From contig CAWUYY010000011.1 in assembly GCA_963926835.1 (NCBI GenBank), positions 4,022-68,021 on the forward strand: a stretch of 64,000 nucleotides of DNA, given 5' to 3'. Of the stretch, positions 60,794 through 64,000 are shown piece by piece. The position numbers and the translations under genes are program-made. Source of the stretch: Rikenellaceae bacterium (GTDB lineage: Bacteria > Bacteroidota > Bacteroidia > Bacteroidales > Rikenellaceae). The notes under the pieces are model-generated. The model saw nothing but the letters and a program-made list of their open reading frames with translations, was not told the origin of the DNA and made no database searches. Positions within the stretch are counted from its first letter, which is position 1, and each line of letters starts with the position of its first letter.

Positions 60794-62563
60794 TCAGCGG
60801 GTCCGACCCTTTTGTTTCCGGGGTGTTCCGTGCTGCCGGAGCGGCTGGGAAGTGTGTTGCTGGGAGGGGCGGAAAAAGTAGCTCTTTTGGCGGCGCTTCT
60901 CCTCCTGCGTGCGGGCCACGTAGACCTTTTCGCCGGTGTAGGGATTTTCGCCCATGTAGAACATCACCGACGAGAAGGTCATCGGTGTCGGGGTGAGATC
61001 CTGCACCTGCTCCAGGGTGAAGTGGAGCCGTCCGAGCACCTTCTCCGAGAGGGCCTTCATCTCCTGCTCGGTGCATCCCGGGTGGGAGGAGATGAAGTAG
61101 GGAATCAACTGGTAGGGAAGCTCATGCTGGCGGCAGATGCGGTGGAAGTCGTCGTTGAGCCGCTCGAAGAGGGTGAACGAGGGCTTGCGCATCAGTCGGA
61201 GCACCCGATCCTCGGTGTGCTCCGGAGCCACCTTCAGCCGCCCGGAGGTATGGTGGAGAATGACCGTTTCGAGGTAGTTGCTCTCGTCGAAGAGGTCGTA
61301 GCGGATGCCGCTGCCGATAAAGGCCTTCTTGATCCCCTTAACCTGCCGGATTCTGGCGTACAGATCCAGCAGCGGACGGTGGTCGTTGTCGAGGTTCGGG
61401 CACCGCTTCGGATGGAGGCAGGAGGGGCGGCGGCACTTGGCGCAGAGCCCCCGGTCGCGTCCCCCCAGCCGGTACATGTTGGCCGAGGGGCCGCCGATGT
61501 CGGAGAGATAGCCCTTGAAGTCGGGCATCCGGGTGATCCGTTCGACCTCGCGCAGAATCGAGGCCTCGCTGCGCGAGGCGATGAACTTCCCCTGGTGGGC
61601 CGAGATGGTGCAGAAGGAGCAGCCGCCGAAGCAGCCCCGGTGGAGGTTGACCGAGTGTTTGATCATCTCCCAGGCCGGGATCTCGCCGCGCCCCTCGTAG
61701 CGCGGGTGGGGCGCCCGCTCGTAGGGCAGGTCGAACGAGTGGTCGAGCTCCTCGGTGGTGAGGGTCGCATTGGGCGGGGTGATGACCACGTACCGCTCAC
61801 CGATCTGCTCGACGAGGGTCTCTTCCGGCTCCATGAGGTTGCTGAGGGTCTCGATGCGGGTGAAGTTCTCGCCGAAGGCGTGTTTGTCGGCCACGCACTC
61901 CTCGTAGGAGTGCAGGCGGATCGTTTTGGCCGGATCGAGCCGGTCGACATATTTGGCGTCGGCCAGGAATCCCACCTGCCGGATGTTCCGCAGCAGCTTG
62001 GCGTTGAATCCGTTCCTGAGTGCACGGGCCACCTGCTGGATCACCCGCTCCCCCATGCCGTAGATGAGCAGATCGGCTCCGCTCTCAGCCAGAATCGAGG
62101 GGTGGAGCGAGTCGCTCCAGTAGTCGTAGTGGGTCAGCCGTCGCAGCGAGGCTTCGATGCCTCCGATGACCACGGGCACGCGCGGGAAGAGCCGCTTGAG
62201 AATCTGCGTATAGGTTTTGACGGCGTAGTCGGGGCGGAATCCCGCCTTACCGCCGGGGGTGTAGGCGTCGTTGCTGCGCAGGCGGAGGTTGGCCGTGTAG
62301 TGGTTGACCATCGAGTCCATCGCTCCGGCCGAGATGCCGAAGAAGAGGCGCGGGGCGCCGAGTTTGGTGAAGTCGCGCAGGTCGTCCCGCCAGTTGGGCT
62401 GCGGCACGATGGCCACGCGATACCCTTCGGCCTCGAGCAGCCGGCCGATGACGGCCGGACCGAAGGCCGGATGGTCGATGTAGGCATCCCCTGAGAAGAG
62501 GATTACGTCCAGTTCGTCCCATCCGCGGGCGCGAACCTCCTTGAGTGTGGTGGGTAGAAACAT
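60794..62563 (-). CDS. YgiQ/UPF0313 radical SAM protein
   Basis: GDAYIDHPAFG, RGCFGGCSFC, GGPSANMY, KVAPEH. Confidence 0.93.
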   Translation of the reverse strand: MFLPTTLKEVRARGWDELDVILFSGDAYIDHPAFGPAVIGRLLEAEGYRVAIVPQPNWRDDLRDFTKLGAPRLFFGISAGAMDSMVNHYTANLRLRSNDAYTPGGKAGFRPDYAVKTYTQILKRLFPRVPVVIGGIEASLRRLTHYDYWSDSLHPSILAESGADLLIYGMGERVIQQVARALRNGFNAKLLRNIRQVGFLADAKYVDRLDPAKTIRLHSYEECVADKHAFGENFTRIETLSNLMEPEETLVEQIGERYVVITPPNATLTTEELDHSFDLPYERAPHPRYEGRGEIPAWEMIKHSVNLHRGCFGGCSFCTISAHQGKFIASRSEASILREVERITRMPDFKGYLSDIGGPSANMYRLGGRDRGLCAKCRRPSCLHPKRCPNLDNDHRPLLDLYARIRQVKGIKKAFIGSGIRYDLFDESNYLETVILHHTSGRLKVAPEHTEDRVLRLMRKPSFTLFERLNDDFHRICRQHELPYQLIPYFISSHPGCTEQEMKALSEKVLGRLHFTLEQVQDLTPTPMTFSSVMFYMGENPYTGEKVYVARTQEEKRRQKSYFFRPSQQHTSQPLRQHGTPRKQKGRTR

Positions 62564-62578
62564 CTTGTGCGAACGGTT

Positions 62579-63685
62579 TTATTCCTCTCCGGCCTCCGTA
62601 CGGCCTGCGGCGGTGTAGGCCTCCCATTTGGCCAGCACGGCCTGGAAGTCGGCCGGGAGTTCGCTCTCGAAGTAGACCTCCTTCCCGGTGGTCGGGTGCT
62701 GGAACCCCAGCGAACGGGCGTGGAGCGCCTGGCGGGGCATCAGGGCGAAGCAGTTCTCGATGAACTGCTTGTATTTGTTGAAGGTGGTTCCCTTGAGGAT
62801 CCGGTCGCCGCCGTAGCGCTCGTCGTTGAAGAGCGGATGGCCGATCCACTGCATGTGGACGCGGATCTGGTGCGTGCGGCCCGTCTCGAGGCGGCACTCG
62901 ATGAGCGTGACGTATCCGTAGCGCTTCAGCACGCGGTAGTGGGTGACGGCGTGCTTGCCCTCCGAACCGTCCTCGAAGACGAACATCTTCTGGCGGTCTC
63001 TGGGGTTGCGGCCTATGTTGCCCGTGATCGTCCCTTCGTCCTGATCGAAGTTGCCCCATACGAGGGCAATGTATCGGCGCGTGATCGTATGGTCGAAGAA
63101 CTGCTTGGCCAGCCGGGCGTGGGCCCGTTCGCTTTTGGCCACCACGAGCAGCCCCGAGGTGTCCTTGTCGATGCGGTGAACCAGTCCCGCCCGCATGTCC
63201 CCCTCCTGGAAGAGAGGCAGGTTGCGCAGGTGGTAGGTCAGGGCGTTGACCAGCGTCCCCGAGTAGTTGCCGTGGCCGGGGTGAACCACCATGCCGGCCG
63301 GCTTGTTGACAATCAGCAGGTCGTCGTCCTCGTAGGGGATCTCGAGCGGAATGTTCTCGGGGATGATCTCGACCTCCCGCTTGGGATAGGGCATCACCAG
63401 CGAGATCCTGTCGCCGGGCTTGACCTTGTAGCTCGATTTGGTCGGGGTGCCGTTCACCAGAATGTTGCCGGCATCGGCCGCCGCCTGGATGCGGTTGCGG
63501 GAGCAGTGCTCCATGCGGCAGGCGAGGAACTTGTCGAGCCGGATGGGGCTCTGGCCCCGGTCGGCCGTGACGCTGAAGTGCTCGTAGAGTCCCTCCTGCC
63601 CCTCTTCGGAGCCCTCCTCCTCCAGTTCGTCGTCCAATTCGTCGATCAGTTCGTCCGGGTCGGGTCTGTGTTGGTTTTCGCTCAT
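62579..63685 (-). CDS. rluD: RluD-family 23S rRNA pseudouridine synthase
   Basis: S4 domain, NKPAGMVVHP, VHRIDKDTSG, TGRTHQIR, QALHA. Confidence 0.93.
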   Translation of the reverse strand: MSENQHRPDPDELIDELDDELEEEGSEEGQEGLYEHFSVTADRGQSPIRLDKFLACRMEHCSRNRIQAAADAGNILVNGTPTKSSYKVKPGDRISLVMPYPKREVEIIPENIPLEIPYEDDDLLIVNKPAGMVVHPGHGNYSGTLVNALTYHLRNLPLFQEGDMRAGLVHRIDKDTSGLLVVAKSERAHARLAKQFFDHTITRRYIALVWGNFDQDEGTITGNIGRNPRDRQKMFVFEDGSEGKHAVTHYRVLKRYGYVTLIECRLETGRTHQIRVHMQWIGHPLFNDERYGGDRILKGTTFNKYKQFIENCFALMPRQALHARSLGFQHPTTGKEVYFESELPADFQAVLAKWEAYTAAGRTEAGEE

Positions 63686-63700
63686 CGGTCGCGCTTCCGT

Positions 63701-64000
63701 TTATTCAAAGAATTCGTCGTATCGGGTGTGGTCGTAGAGCCCTTCGCCGTTGGCATCCTCCTCGAAGGGATTCTCCTCCACGACGTTGGACAGACTGTCC
63801 AGCTGGGCGCGGGCCAGTGAGTCGGCCTCGGCCTCTTGCATCCGGCGCAGCTCCTCGGCGGCAGCCCGCATCTGTTTGTCAGCCGCAGCGCTCTGGTTGG
63901 CGGTCTTGGTGGCATCGAGCGTCAGCGTAAGACGTACCGGCGTTCCCAGCCGTACGGGCGAACCGGCCGACGGACTCTGCAGGTAGACCTTCGCCTCCTT
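63701..64000 (-). CDS. PASTA-domain protein, C-terminal part (partial)
   Basis: Reads ...AKVYLQSPSAGSPVRLGTPVRLTLT...YDEFFE*; upstream of rluD. Confidence 0.65.
   Translation of the reverse strand, partial: KEAKVYLQSPSAGSPVRLGTPVRLTLTLDATKTANQSAAADKQMRAAAEELRRMQEAEADSLARAQLDSLSNVVEENPFEEDANGEGLYDHTRYDEFFE

Noticed and set aside
63682-63915. 77-aa ORF from the track
   Set aside because: The real frame is the partial PASTA protein ending at 63701
1-64000. tRNA, rRNA, IS elements, CRISPR arrays
   Set aside because: None recognised by eye; a covariance-model search was not possible

Overview
GC-rich Bacteroidota chromosomal segment, most like Rikenellaceae/Alistipes (TAnnTTTG promoters, S46 peptidase, PorT-like barrel, futalosine-pathway mqnA). 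Most of it is core housekeeping genes: sppA, mrp, nadA, pheS, ybeY, mnmG, ilvE, metG, recJ, lipAB, galE, rsmG, rnhB, folE, rdgB, pth, rplY, corA, holB, folK, rbfA, xerD, prmA, recO, rluD. The window looks origin-proximal, with a DnaA-box cluster and AT-rich tract upstream of nadA (candidate oriC) and parS palindromes near mnmG/ilvE. The main anomaly is an ~8 kb, 8-gene minus-strand operon (37052-44913) between rplY and mqnA. It encodes only phage-virion-like proteins: putative tail proteins, a Clp-type head protease, a major capsid, a tail tube, a portal and a head-tail adaptor. I see no integrase, terminase, tape measure, lysis, replication or repressor gene. Its base composition looks host-like, it has a housekeeping-type promoter, and its leader carries DnaA-box-like repeats matching those at the candidate oriC. 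Two of its genes have single-base G-tract frameshifts. It is a candidate domesticated phage (GTA-like) system. All calls come from motif reading; no database searches were run.
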